Virus record (IMG/VR): IMGVR_UViG_3300020472_000012
Span: 50,374-114,373 of that record
DNA from: a virus
Reading direction: 5' to 3' (one strand)
DNA length: 64,000 bases
This document shows positions 19,018 through 28,928 of the stretch, in pieces (the first letter of the stretch is position 1; the number at the start of each line of letters is the position of its first letter). The notes below the pieces were generated by a model. It saw only the letters and a list, made by a program, of their open reading frames with translations, did no database searches and was not told the origin of the DNA. The translations under genes and the position numbers were made by a program.

Positions 19018-19332
19018 ATGTCTTTTATTGAATTTGTGACCGATGTGGGCGTCCCCATTGGGGGTGCTGTAGTCATGGGATTTTTTATCTTCATGGTACT
19101 TAAACAAATATTTGAGGGTATCATAGATGATATAAGGACTCTAACTGGATTTTGTAAGATGTTAGAGGACAGAGCAAGAGTTGGTTGTAATGAACTGGTG
19201 AAGATAGACCTATTGGTAAGTAGTGCATTAGATTTAACACCACCAGTCGATAGAGTGGCTAGAGCAGAAAATTTCAGAACTGATGACAAAGGTAATCCAC
19301 AAAATGTTAAACTTGATGTGAGGAGAGACTAA
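19018..19332 (+). CDS. Membrane protein at the head of the curli-like operon
   Basis: N-terminal TM (VGVPIGGAVVMGFFIF); resembles the next ORF. Confidence 0.7.
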   Translation: MSFIEFVTDVGVPIGGAVVMGFFIFMVLKQIFEGIIDDIRTLTGFCKMLEDRARVGCNELVKIDLLVSSALDLTPPVDRVARAENFRTDDKGNPQNVKLDVRRD

Positions 19333-19643
19333 TGGAAACATTGGCAGATGCTATCTCACAATTTGGGTTCCCTGTTGTTATGGCTGCGGGAATGGGTTAC
19401 TTTATCTATTTTATCTGGAGATTTGTAACAGATAAGATAGAACCAGAACTTGAAAAGATGCATTTTGCATTAATCAAGTGCATCGATGCAAATAGAATGT
19501 TAGATAATGATATGATTCGTCTTCAACAAAAAGTAAATGTTGTACTTGAGTACAGAGAAAGGCAAGATGTTCTTGCAGACGCAGAAGAAAAAGAAGCACT
19601 TGCAGAGGTAAAGAAGAATGAAAGAGGGAAAAGTAAGAAGTAG
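19332..19643 (+). CDS. Membrane/coiled-coil protein in the curli-like operon
   Basis: FGFPVVMAAGMGYFIYF TM followed by a coiled coil. Confidence 0.7.
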   Translation: METLADAISQFGFPVVMAAGMGYFIYFIWRFVTDKIEPELEKMHFALIKCIDANRMLDNDMIRLQQKVNVVLEYRERQDVLADAEEKEALAEVKKNERGKSKK

Positions 19644-20148
19644 AATAGAATTAATAACCTTACTGGGCATATTTGTAATATCATTATTTGGATTGACACC
19701 AAAAGCATATGGTGATGAACTTACACAAAAGTTTAAAAATCCTAGCTTTAGTGGGATAGGAACATCGGCACACTATCTTACAATTGACAATCAAGAAAAA
19801 GCAAGAAGAGATAAGATAAAAGAAGACATCGAGGCTGCACTTCTGGCTGCTGAAAGAGCAGAAGATAATACAGTCCTTGCAAAATTCATCAGAAATTTAG
19901 AAAGCAGAATTTATTCACAATTAAGTAAACAGTTGGTAGAGTCATTATTCAGTAATGAAGATGGTGCATCATTTGGTAGTTTCACTTTAGAAGATTCGGT
20001 TATAACATACGAAAGAAGAACATGTATCGTAGGTGTTGATGCTGGTTGTACAGAAGGTCAAGAAATAATTGTTCTAAACATAACTAATTCTGATGGTTCA
20101 ACAACAACTATCTCAATTCCTATTGGAGTAGGAAACTGGGGTGGATAA
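19618..20148 (+). CDS. csgF: Curli assembly protein CsgF-like
   Basis: Signal peptide, then ELTQKFKNPSFSG (CsgF F.NP.FGG), F..NLESRIYSQLS, terminal TTTISIP. Confidence 0.8.
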   Translation: MKEGKVRSRIELITLLGIFVISLFGLTPKAYGDELTQKFKNPSFSGIGTSAHYLTIDNQEKARRDKIKEDIEAALLAAERAEDNTVLAKFIRNLESRIYSQLSKQLVESLFSNEDGASFGSFTLEDSVITYERRTCIVGVDAGCTEGQEIIVLNITNSDGSTTTISIPIGVGNWGG

Positions 20149-21070
20149 TCAAAGAAAAAATCTTTTAATAGCATTATCTGGACTTTTATTAATGTCTGGA
20201 TGTGCATCTATGGTATCTCCTGGCGGGTTGTCAGACAGTAATTGTATAGAATTTATCGAATGTGTTGAAGAACCAGAAATAGTGGAACTTCCTACACATG
20301 AACAATTATTAAGTCTACCACCAGCAGATAAGAAACCAATAGTTGCAGTATACTCTTTCCCAGATAAGACTGGACAAAGAAAACAAAAAGATTCTGCAGC
20401 CTTATTCTCCACAGCAGTAACTCAAGGTGGTGAGACAATGTTAATAGATGCATTGAAAACTGCTGGTAATGGAACATGGTTTAGGGTTGTAGAAAGAGTT
20501 GGGGTTGACCACTTAACTCGTGAAAGGCAAATAGTAAGAACAACAAGAGAGCAATACAATGAAGACAAGACTGGTCTTGCACCATTGTTATTTGCTGGAA
20601 TGATTTTAGAGGGTGGTATCATAGGCTATGACACCAATCTCGAAACTGGCGGTTGGGGTGCGAGGACATTAGGCATCGGCAGTCAGCAGCAATATCGAAG
20701 GGATATAGTTACCATTTCGTTAAGAGCGGTATCTGTATTAACTGGAGAGATATTACTCAATGTCCAGACTTCAAAAACCATTTTATCTGTCGCAGGTGGT
20801 TTCGATGTCTTTAAATTTATTGATATGGATACTCAACTTGTAGAAGTTGAGAATGGAATGACAGAAAATGAATCAATAACTCGTTCAGTTAGAAGTGCCA
20901 TTGAGAAAGCAGTTTTAGAACTAATTTATCAAGGGGATGAAAAGGGTTATTGGAAAATAAATTGGCCTACAAATAAGATAATCGAAGGCAAAGTTGAAGA
21001 GTTAGTAGACGATGCAGAGATTATTGTAGTAGGTGAAGAAGAGGAAAATACAAATGAAAATGATAAATAA
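20141..21070 (+). CDS. csgG: Curli secretion channel CsgG lipoprotein
   Basis: Lipobox LMSGC, VAVYSFPDKTGQRK, FSTAVTQG, WFRVVER, EGGIIGYD. Confidence 0.92.
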   Translation: MDNQRKNLLIALSGLLLMSGCASMVSPGGLSDSNCIEFIECVEEPEIVELPTHEQLLSLPPADKKPIVAVYSFPDKTGQRKQKDSAALFSTAVTQGGETMLIDALKTAGNGTWFRVVERVGVDHLTRERQIVRTTREQYNEDKTGLAPLLFAGMILEGGIIGYDTNLETGGWGARTLGIGSQQQYRRDIVTISLRAVSVLTGEILLNVQTSKTILSVAGGFDVFKFIDMDTQLVEVENGMTENESITRSVRSAIEKAVLELIYQGDEKGYWKINWPTNKIIEGKVEELVDDAEIIVVGEEEENTNENDK

Positions 21071-21791
21071 ATTTTTATTATCTTTTACATTATTATTTAG
21101 TACATCTGTGGTTATGGGTGCAGTATCCTCATCTGACAATGAAATCTCATTAGAGCAAACTGGTGATACACTAACATTAACCATTGACCAAATTGGTTAT
21201 GGCAATAAGTTGTGTGGTACTTTAGGTTCTAATGTTTGTGCAAGTGATTGGACTATTGCTGGCACCACGCTGACGATTAACATCGACCAGATTGGTAACA
21301 GCAACAAAGTGATTGGTAACATCGACTTAGATACATCAGATATAGATTTAACATTTACTGGTGATACTAATAGTTGGACTTGGGATATAGGTGAAAGCGG
21401 AAGTTCAGATGACTCAGATTTGTTAGTTGACTTTACAGGTTCATCAAACACTGTTGATTTTAAACAGGGTTATAGTGCAGCTGCTGAAAGATTGGATTTC
21501 GATTTTGATGTTATTGGAGATTCTAATGTATTCGATATTGATATTGATGCAGATGATATGACATGGGATGTAGATATTACTGGAGACAGTAATAATGTAG
21601 TAACTACAATTTCTGATGGTTCAGACCATGAATTGAAGTTAGACCACACTGGAGATGGTGGAGACATTGATATAGTTATGTCTTCTGGAACATGTCCACA
21701 AGGAGTAAGTTCATGTTATTCAACCATAGATTTGGATATTACAAGTGATAATGCAACGATTACAATTAATCAAAAAGATACTGGGGATTAA
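21054..21791 (+). CDS. Secreted curlin-like beta-repeat protein
   Basis: Signal peptide; repeated IxQxGxxN / GDxN units. Confidence 0.65.
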   Translation: MKMINKFLLSFTLLFSTSVVMGAVSSSDNEISLEQTGDTLTLTIDQIGYGNKLCGTLGSNVCASDWTIAGTTLTINIDQIGNSNKVIGNIDLDTSDIDLTFTGDTNSWTWDIGESGSSDDSDLLVDFTGSSNTVDFKQGYSAAAERLDFDFDVIGDSNVFDIDIDADDMTWDVDITGDSNNVVTTISDGSDHELKLDHTGDGGDIDIVMSSGTCPQGVSSCYSTIDLDITSDNATITINQKDTGD

Positions 21792-22893
21792 TCTCCTACT
21801 CTTTAGTTTAGTATCGTATGCTGACAGTATTGGGGACATTACTGAACATAAGGGTAGTGCGGGATTAACCAGACAATCTGGGGAGTCCTTACCTACCGAT
21901 GTGGGGATTGACATTATGTCCTTAGACCATATAGTTACTGCTAATGGTCGAATGAAAATCCAATTTGTAGATGACACAAAACTTTCATTGACAGAACAGT
22001 CTGAGGTTACAATAGACGAATACTATTTTGACCCAGACCCATCTAAGAGTAAGATGGCAATGAGTTTTGTATCTGGTACTGCAAGGTTTGCTACTGGTAA
22101 ACTAGGACTTGTTCCTAGAGAGAATATAATAATTCAAACACCAACTGCGACCATTGGTATTAGAGGCACCGATTTCACTACAAGCGTAGATGAACTGGGA
22201 AGAAGCCTTGTAATATTGCTACCAGAAACAGAATGTACTATTGATGGAGATTGTTCTCCATCTGGTGAAATAACAGTTACGAATGATGGTGGGACTGTAA
22301 CTCTATCCGAAGCATACCAAGCAACAATGGTATCATCGTTTGACCAGAGTCCAGTTCAACCTGTAACTTTAGAAAATATAAATGTCAATATGATTGACAA
22401 TATGTTCATCGTCTCACCACCAGAAAAGATTGTAGAAGCGGTTGAGGATGAACAAGGGGAAGCTGATAATACAGACCCAGCAAGTATATTGGATTTTACT
22501 GATTTAGATGTAAATGAGTTAGATGAAGATAAACTTAAAGAAGAAGATATGGAGTTCACAGAGCTCGATATGGATTTATTAAATGTTGACTTTCTTCAAG
22601 ATTTATTAACTACGATTGAAGAAGTAGATGTTTTAAAAAAGAGAACTGGTGCAGATGACACTGGTAATATTGTAGGAACAGTATTAGGTTTTGATAAAGA
22701 TACTCAGTACAATACTATCATTGATAAGGGTGCTGGAACAATATGGTTTTATAGAGAAGTAAATGGAATCATATCAGTTAAAGTACCTATTAGTGCCAAT
22801 TTAACATTGGAGTCAGAAAATGAAGGGAAGAGGAATCTTATTACTGTTAACGATGGTGAGTCTATCGTTATCATCATTCGTCAGGGCGGGTGA
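21745..22893 (+). CDS. FecR-domain periplasmic protein
   Basis: D.I.T..GR..I.F.D.T.L.L...SEV.ID, TPTATIGIRGTDF; start uncertain. Confidence 0.82.
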   Translation: MIMQRLQLIKKILGINLLLFSLVSYADSIGDITEHKGSAGLTRQSGESLPTDVGIDIMSLDHIVTANGRMKIQFVDDTKLSLTEQSEVTIDEYYFDPDPSKSKMAMSFVSGTARFATGKLGLVPRENIIIQTPTATIGIRGTDFTTSVDELGRSLVILLPETECTIDGDCSPSGEITVTNDGGTVTLSEAYQATMVSSFDQSPVQPVTLENINVNMIDNMFIVSPPEKIVEAVEDEQGEADNTDPASILDFTDLDVNELDEDKLKEEDMEFTELDMDLLNVDFLQDLLTTIEEVDVLKKRTGADDTGNIVGTVLGFDKDTQYNTIIDKGAGTIWFYREVNGIISVKVPISANLTLESENEGKRNLITVNDGESIVIIIRQGG

Positions 22894-23629
22894 TGAACAC
22901 AATCACATACATATAGACCAAGTACAAAGTGGAGATAACTTTGAACTAGGTATTGACCAAATTGGTTATGAGAACTTAATTAAGTTCTCTTTTAACCATG
23001 ATGATAATACAGTAAACATACTACAATCTGGAAACAACATGTATATTGGATATACAGATGCATGGGGTTCTGGTTATAGTTGGGGTGGAGATTTAGATGG
23101 ATTGAGAAATGATGTTGATATTCGTCAAAAGTGTTCACTTACATCCTGTAATGAAACAGATTTTCAATTTCATATCTGGGGTGATGACAACGAAGTTGTC
23201 TTTGGTCAAGGATATGAAAACAATAATAGTTTAACACCAAATTGGAATTACGATGGTAATGAGCCTGGTGGAAACTTTGTCAGACTAGACATACATGGTG
23301 ATGATAACAAATTCAAAGGAAGTCAGAAACAAGATTCAAGTTCAGTTAGTCATACTGCAACAGTAAACATATATGCAGACAATAATGATGTATTTTTAAA
23401 GCAAATGCAAAATGGAAACAAAACTTTCACGATGACTATCTATAATGACTACAATGAAGTTGCAGTTACACAAAAAAACAATGGGGCTCATACTGCAACT
23501 ATTACATTAAGAGGAACCCAACCAACAGATTTAAACTTATCACAATCTGGAAACACAACACAAACTTATTCATTAAACCAGAATTGTGTAACAGCAGGTG
23601 GATGTTCAGTCACAGTAAATCAGAACTAA
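22820..23629 (+). CDS. Secreted curlin-like beta-repeat protein
   Basis: Signal peptide; Q/N/G-rich repeats (IDQIGYEN, ILQSGNN, QSGNTTQ). Confidence 0.65.
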   Translation: MKGRGILLLLTMVSLSLSSFVRAGDEHNHIHIDQVQSGDNFELGIDQIGYENLIKFSFNHDDNTVNILQSGNNMYIGYTDAWGSGYSWGGDLDGLRNDVDIRQKCSLTSCNETDFQFHIWGDDNEVVFGQGYENNNSLTPNWNYDGNEPGGNFVRLDIHGDDNKFKGSQKQDSSSVSHTATVNIYADNNDVFLKQMQNGNKTFTMTIYNDYNEVAVTQKNNGAHTATITLRGTQPTDLNLSQSGNTTQTYSLNQNCVTAGGCSVTVNQN

Positions 23630-23643
23630 ACAATATATGAACA

Positions 23644-23853
23644 GTGAAAGACAAGACCGAAAAATATACGACCCTAGTAAGAATGCCGTACAAGGATGCT
23701 ATTCGTATAATCCTACGCACAATTGATTATCATAATCATATGATGGTAGTAGACAAAGACAATTATTACTTTCACGAAAAACAGATGAGACGATTAAAAG
23801 TATGGATGATAGATATGAAAGATTTCATCCACGAAGAAGAAAATAATGGGTAA
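23644..23853 (+). CDS. Hypothetical protein
   Basis: ORF track; overlaps the cyclase start. Confidence 0.55.
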   Translation: MKDKTEKYTTLVRMPYKDAIRIILRTIDYHNHMMVVDKDNYYFHEKQMRRLKVWMIDMKDFIHEEENNG

Positions 23854-25741
23854 ATTTTTAACATCCACTTGGATGGTTGGATTAGTTCTAATTGGACTAA
23901 TAGGGATAAGAACACTAGACCCAGAACCAGTAGAAAGGATTAGGAACATTCAGTTCGATTCTTTCCTAACATCATACGAACCTACCATTTCAGATAACAT
24001 TATCCTACTAGATGTAGGAGAAAACTCTCTAGAAGAATTTGGCCAATGGCCGTTTCCCAGACAACAGTTTGCCCAAATGATTTCTGATTTAAGGAATGCA
24101 AATGCTGGAATGATAGGTATGACTGTTATGTTTCCAGAACCAGATAGGTTTGGTGGAGACCAAATACTTGCATCTTGGATAAATGGTAATGGAATAATAT
24201 TAGGACAAACATCTTCACCTAAAGGTAGAAGTGATGTTGCACCATTTGTAGGAACTGCAACATTAGGTGAAGGTAGTGCATATGATTTTGCATATGAATA
24301 CAAGGGTATTGTAACTAATCTACCAGAGTTTGAATCTGCATCTTGGGGTGTAGGTATGATGAACTCATCACCAGAAGTGGATGGTATTACCAGAAGAGTT
24401 CCATTAGTTACTCAAGTATCTGGTCAACTATATCCAAGTTTCCCAATAGAAGTAGTTCGTGCAAATGCAGATAAGAAATCCTACACTATGAAAGTAGAAA
24501 CTACAGGTATAGAGAACTTTAGAATACCACCATACGAACCAATAGTAACAGATTATGCTGGAAGCATCTGGTTAGATTGGTCAAAAGATTTTATTCGATA
24601 TGAATATGGGGAGACTCTTCCGAATCTTCAAGGGAAGACAGTGATTGTTGGGGTGACAGCAGAGGGCATTGTTCCCATTGTTTCGACTCCGAAGGGTTCA
24701 GTTTATCCACACGAAATTCAGGCTTCTGCGATTGAGACAATAATGGGTGGGGTTTCCATTTCTCGTCCAAATTGGGGTTCCCTTCTGGAAATAAGTTTAA
24801 TTCTAATTGCTTCTCTGATGATGATGTTGTCTTTTGGTCGTCTTGGTTTCGCATTAACCACTCTCTTCTCTTTGACTGCTGTCTCTGGAGTTGTTTATTC
24901 CTCATTCTACTTCTGGAATTCATCGATGTTCCTTATAGATTTTACATTTCCCATTATAACATTGATACTCATATTTAGTCAATTAAGTTTTAATAACTTC
25001 TATAAACAGTTTAAATTAAGACAACAAATTAAAGGACAGTTTGGTACTTACCTATCACCAGATATGGTTGATATGTTAGTTAAAGACCCATCATTGATGA
25101 GACTAGGTGGTGATAGGAAAGAAATGACCTTCTTGTTCGCAGATATTGTAGGGTTTACTCCAATAAGTGAAAAATATATGCAAAAAGATGACCCAGAAGG
25201 GCTGGTAGAACTTATAAATATGTTCTTAGATAGGTTAACTAAAATTATCCTTAAGAATGGCGGAACAGTCGATAAATATATGGGCGACTGTATAATGGCC
25301 TTCTGGAATGCTCCTTTACCATGTGAAAACCATGCAGAGATGGCAGTTAGGACTGCAATTGAGATGGAATTAGTATGTGAGGAGTTAAACCAAGAGTTAC
25401 AAGAAAAAGGATTAGATTTACCACTAGTTAAAATAGGCACTGGAGTAAATACAGGGCCTTGTATAGTGGGGAATATGGGAAGTGAGTCTCGATTTGATTA
25501 TTCTGTTGTTGGAGATGCTGTTAACTTGGGTGCAAGACTTGAAGTACAAACTAGAGAGTATGATACACCTATCCTACTATCTGAATATACTTATATGCAG
25601 ACAGAAGGTATTTCATGCAAAGATTTGGGTGAAATAAAAGTTAAGGGTAAAGATGAACCTGTAACCATATATGCACCATTGTTTGATGCAAAAAGTGGTA
25701 ATAGAAAAGAAATTAGGAAATTATATAAAGATGGCATATAG
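23846..25741 (+). CDS. CHASE2-domain class III adenylate/guanylate cyclase
   Basis: GQWPFPR, DGITRRVPL (CHASE2), three TMs, FADIVGFT, DKYMGDCIM, GDAVNLGARLE. Confidence 0.93.
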   Translation: MGKFLTSTWMVGLVLIGLIGIRTLDPEPVERIRNIQFDSFLTSYEPTISDNIILLDVGENSLEEFGQWPFPRQQFAQMISDLRNANAGMIGMTVMFPEPDRFGGDQILASWINGNGIILGQTSSPKGRSDVAPFVGTATLGEGSAYDFAYEYKGIVTNLPEFESASWGVGMMNSSPEVDGITRRVPLVTQVSGQLYPSFPIEVVRANADKKSYTMKVETTGIENFRIPPYEPIVTDYAGSIWLDWSKDFIRYEYGETLPNLQGKTVIVGVTAEGIVPIVSTPKGSVYPHEIQASAIETIMGGVSISRPNWGSLLEISLILIASLMMMLSFGRLGFALTTLFSLTAVSGVVYSSFYFWNSSMFLIDFTFPIITLILIFSQLSFNNFYKQFKLRQQIKGQFGTYLSPDMVDMLVKDPSLMRLGGDRKEMTFLFADIVGFTPISEKYMQKDDPEGLVELINMFLDRLTKIILKNGGTVDKYMGDCIMAFWNAPLPCENHAEMAVRTAIEMELVCEELNQELQEKGLDLPLVKIGTGVNTGPCIVGNMGSESRFDYSVVGDAVNLGARLEVQTREYDTPILLSEYTYMQTEGISCKDLGEIKVKGKDEPVTIYAPLFDAKSGNRKEIRKLYKDGI

Positions 25742-26162
25742 TAAAAAAGTAGTAGATAGATTCAATAATGTTTTAAACAATCCTCAAAAACATTCAGTTG
25801 GAAGGTTTGACCCAACAGACCCTAATGTTGCAACTGGAATGGTTGGTGCTCCAGCATGTGGAGATGTAATGAAACTAGACCTAAAACTAGATATTGATGG
25901 GTTAATAGAAGATGTCAAATTTAAAACATATGGGTGTGGAAGTGCAATTGCATCATCTAGTCTATTTGTTGATATGTTAATAGGTAAAACTATTGAACAG
26001 GCTAAACTCATTAAAGATAAAGAGATTGCAGAGATATTAGAATTGCCACCAATTAAACTACATTGTAGTGTACTTGCAGAGGACTGTATTAGACAAGCAG
26101 TGGAACACTGGGAAGAGAAGTCTGCACATAGAAAACACAATGAACTAGGTGGACATGCATAA
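25731..26162 (+). CDS. iscU: Fe-S scaffold IscU
   Basis: MAYSKKV, GAPACGDVM, FKTYGCGSAIASS, LPPIKLHCSVLAED. Confidence 0.95.
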   Translation: MAYSKKVVDRFNNVLNNPQKHSVGRFDPTDPNVATGMVGAPACGDVMKLDLKLDIDGLIEDVKFKTYGCGSAIASSSLFVDMLIGKTIEQAKLIKDKEIAEILELPPIKLHCSVLAEDCIRQAVEHWEEKSAHRKHNELGGHA

Positions 26163-26237
26163 AATCCCAGTTTGGATGGTTGCTACACTAGTATATGGGA
26201 TAGGTGGGGGATTGTTCTTCTTAATCCTATTTTATAC

Positions 26238-26265
26238 TTGACAAATAACAAATCCATGAGATAAT
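26238..26265 (+). promoter_or_regulatory. Class II promoter
   Basis: TTGACA-N16-GATAAT; ATG of a 45-aa ORF at 26272. Confidence 0.7.
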
Positions 26266-26515
26266 AGAAATATGGTAGTAAAAGTAGTAGATACTTTGAA
26301 ACAGCACAGATTAAACTGTTTGAAAATGGCAGAGAAAAGGGCAAAAAACCTAGAGTTTAAAAAACTTTGGAGTGATATGCACGAAAAACTGTCAAAGTCA
26401 AAATCTTAATTTGTATATATAATAATGTAGTGTCCGAAAGGAAACTATATTATATAAAGAGATGCCCATAATGGGGTCTCGTATTTAAACCTTGCTTATT
26501 AAAAGGAGGCCAAAA

Positions 26516-26974
26516 ATGGTTAAACTAAGCACGAATGATATATTCGACCAAATGTGGGGAAGATACTCTCCATTCACAATAGGAACAGATAGACTGTTCC
26601 ATCAACTAGAGACACTTTCGTCTCAACAACAACAAAGTTACCCACCTTACAACATCGTTAAGAAGGATGATGAGAACTTTGCTATTGAAATTGCAGTAGC
26701 AGGTTTTGGTGAGGAAGACCTAAAGGTAGAAAAAATCAAAAATGAACTAGTAGTTTCTGGAGAAATTAAAGGTTCTGATGATGAAACTATCCATAAAGGC
26801 ATTGCAACTCGTAAGTTCAAAAGAACTTGGGTACTTGCAGACGATGTTGAAGTATCAAATCCTAGTGTCCGAAATGGAATACTATATATACCTATGGTAA
26901 AAGTAATACCAGAGGAAGACAAACCTCAAGTATTGGAGTTTGTAGATACTAAAGAATTTCTTTCAGAAAGTTAA
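26516..26974 (+). CDS. hsp20: Small heat-shock protein Hsp20/IbpA
   Basis: SYPPYNIV, IEIAVAGF, HKGIATRKF, NGIL; AGGAGG RBS. Confidence 0.93.
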   Translation: MVKLSTNDIFDQMWGRYSPFTIGTDRLFHQLETLSSQQQQSYPPYNIVKKDDENFAIEIAVAGFGEEDLKVEKIKNELVVSGEIKGSDDETIHKGIATRKFKRTWVLADDVEVSNPSVRNGILYIPMVKVIPEEDKPQVLEFVDTKEFLSES

Positions 26975-26983
26975 ATTCTTTAC

Positions 26984-27011
26984 TTGACAGATTGTACTTC
27001 TGTGGTATTAT
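26984..27011 (+). promoter_or_regulatory. Class II promoter
   Basis: TTGACA-N16-TATTAT with TG extension. Confidence 0.6.
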
Positions 27012-27055
27012 AGCTATATGAATAAAATAATTATATTATCGCAGGAGTCCGATTC

Positions 27056-27640
27056 ATGAGTAATTCAGTAGTAAGAGGTCAAGTTCCCTATGACTTGTCT
27101 TTTGTTAATGTGGGAGACACATTAGAAAGCATAGGTTCAGCAACTGCATTTGGTGAAAGAAATGTAGTTTTATTTGGTTTGCCTGGAGCATTTACACCAA
27201 CTTGTTCCACACAACAACTGCCAGGCTATGAAGAGTTGTATGACCAGTTTAGTGAAGCTGGTGTTGATGAAATTTACTGTACATCTGTAAACGATGGTTT
27301 CACAATGAAAGCATGGTTCGATTCATTAGGAATTGAAAAAGTTAAAGCACTTTCAGATGGTAATGGTAAATTTGCAAGATTTATGGGTATGTTAGTATCC
27401 AAAGAGAACTTAGGTTTTGGTAACAGGTCATGGAGATATGCAGCTGTTATTAGAAATGGTGAAGTAGTAAAACTATTTGAGGAAGAAGGAATAAGAGATA
27501 ACTATGAAGGTGACCCTTATGAAGCTTCCACACCACAAAATGTTCTTGAATATGTTCAAGAACATCCAATGACACCTATTCCAATAACAGAACATGATGT
27601 TGAGAAAGAAGGTGAAGCACCTACCCCAGCGGGTAGTTAA
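27056..27640 (+). CDS. Peroxiredoxin (Prx5 type)
   Basis: PGAFTPTCS, SVNDGF, GFGNRSWRY. Confidence 0.93.
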   Translation: MSNSVVRGQVPYDLSFVNVGDTLESIGSATAFGERNVVLFGLPGAFTPTCSTQQLPGYEELYDQFSEAGVDEIYCTSVNDGFTMKAWFDSLGIEKVKALSDGNGKFARFMGMLVSKENLGFGNRSWRYAAVIRNGEVVKLFEEEGIRDNYEGDPYEASTPQNVLEYVQEHPMTPIPITEHDVEKEGEAPTPAGS

Positions 27641-27661
27641 TTATAAATCTATGGAGTTGTT

Positions 27662-27892
27662 ATGGATTTTTTGAGAAAGCTTTGGGATTCAATTGTAGAA
27701 TTCTTTTTAGGCACTACTAGTGGCCAATTAGATGTTCCAGTTGAAACACCAAAAGTTCAAAAAGTGTCTAAAGCAAAACTAGGTAAACTTACCAAAGCAC
27801 AATTAAGTGAAAAAGGTAAAGAACTTGGTGTTGATGTAGACTCAAGACAGTTAAAGTCTAAAATCGTAAACGAAGTTTACAAAGCCCAATAA
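27662..27892 (+). CDS. Hypothetical protein with HeH/Rho-N-like C-terminus
   Basis: LTKAQL...K..GV...K..IV pattern. Confidence 0.55.
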   Translation: MDFLRKLWDSIVEFFLGTTSGQLDVPVETPKVQKVSKAKLGKLTKAQLSEKGKELGVDVDSRQLKSKIVNEVYKAQ

Positions 27893-27893
27893 C

Positions 27894-28199
27894 ATGATTG
27901 ATTATAAACTTGTCGAAAACGCGAGTGGAGAACAAGGAATTCAAATATGTGAAGGGAAGTATACTGGGGTTGTCTACACTTATGGGGAAGTACAATTACT
28001 TCCAGTTAAGGAAGGTGAACAACCTCAGATAAACTTTACTAGAGCTGTTCGTGCATGTCCAGATGAACTCCGAGATAGTATTTCAGAGGATAAGGAATTC
28101 AACCAAATTATGGGTGATATCCTTGTAGAACTTTTAGAAGAAGAAGGCGAAAAGGCCGTGGAGTTATTGAAAGATGATAAAAAATCCGAACAAACTTAA
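27894..28199 (+). CDS. T4-like phage hypothetical protein
   Basis: I..G.Y.GV.Y.YG.V...F...GDIL pattern. Confidence 0.65.
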   Translation: MIDYKLVENASGEQGIQICEGKYTGVVYTYGEVQLLPVKEGEQPQINFTRAVRACPDELRDSISEDKEFNQIMGDILVELLEEEGEKAVELLKDDKKSEQT

Positions 28200-28620
28200 A
28201 GAAGAGATTATAAGGGACGAAGGTGTCGTTTATGAGATTTACAATGACCATCTTGGTCTTGCCACATTTGGTATAGGACATTTGGTTAAAGATGGTGACC
28301 CAGAACAAGGTCAACCAGTGGGAACAGAGGTTTCCAAAGAACGAGTGGATGAAGTATGGGAACATGACTTTACAGAACATGTAGAGGAATGTGGAAAACT
28401 TTATCCAGATTTAGAACATTACCCAGATGAAGTTCAAAGGGTTTTAGTCAATATGACATTTAATATGGGTATGACTAGACTCAGTAAGTTCAAGAACTTT
28501 AAATCTGCAATTGAAAGAAATGATTGGAAACAGGCAGCTGTTGAAGGTCGTGATTCAAGATGGTATAACCAAGTCACCAATCGAGCAGAAAGATTGATGA
28601 CAATGCTAGAAGAAGTATGA
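28174..28620 (+). CDS. T4-type lysozyme (GH24)
   Basis: EG...YND.LG..T.GIGH catalytic E/D/T, NMTFNMG, SRWYNQV.NRA.R. Confidence 0.9.
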   Translation: MIKNPNKLKEEIIRDEGVVYEIYNDHLGLATFGIGHLVKDGDPEQGQPVGTEVSKERVDEVWEHDFTEHVEECGKLYPDLEHYPDEVQRVLVNMTFNMGMTRLSKFKNFKSAIERNDWKQAAVEGRDSRWYNQVTNRAERLMTMLEEV

Positions 28621-28928
28621 TTAAATTATTCCAATTAGTAACTGGAGAAACTATTATAGGTGAAGTGGATTCAAAAGATTTCTCTTCATCTGCACAATTC
28701 AATATCAATCAACCTTTGTTTGTATTCGCACAACCAGAGGAAGATGACCCAAAGAAGATTAGAATTCAATTGATGCCTTATGCACAATTGTCTGATAATC
28801 AATGTGTTAATATTAACTTTAAGAATGTAGTCTGGAGTTCAGACCCAGAGACAGGTTTAAAGAATCAATATCAAACAATAATGGGTAAGATAGTTACTCC
28901 ACCAGAAACACAAAAGATTATCACATGA
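28617..28928 (+). CDS. Sm-like T4 hypothetical protein
   Basis: IKLFQLVTGETIIG N-terminus; position upstream of gp43. Confidence 0.65.
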   Translation: MIKLFQLVTGETIIGEVDSKDFSSSAQFNINQPLFVFAQPEEDDPKKIRIQLMPYAQLSDNQCVNINFKNVVWSSDPETGLKNQYQTIMGKIVTPPETQKIIT

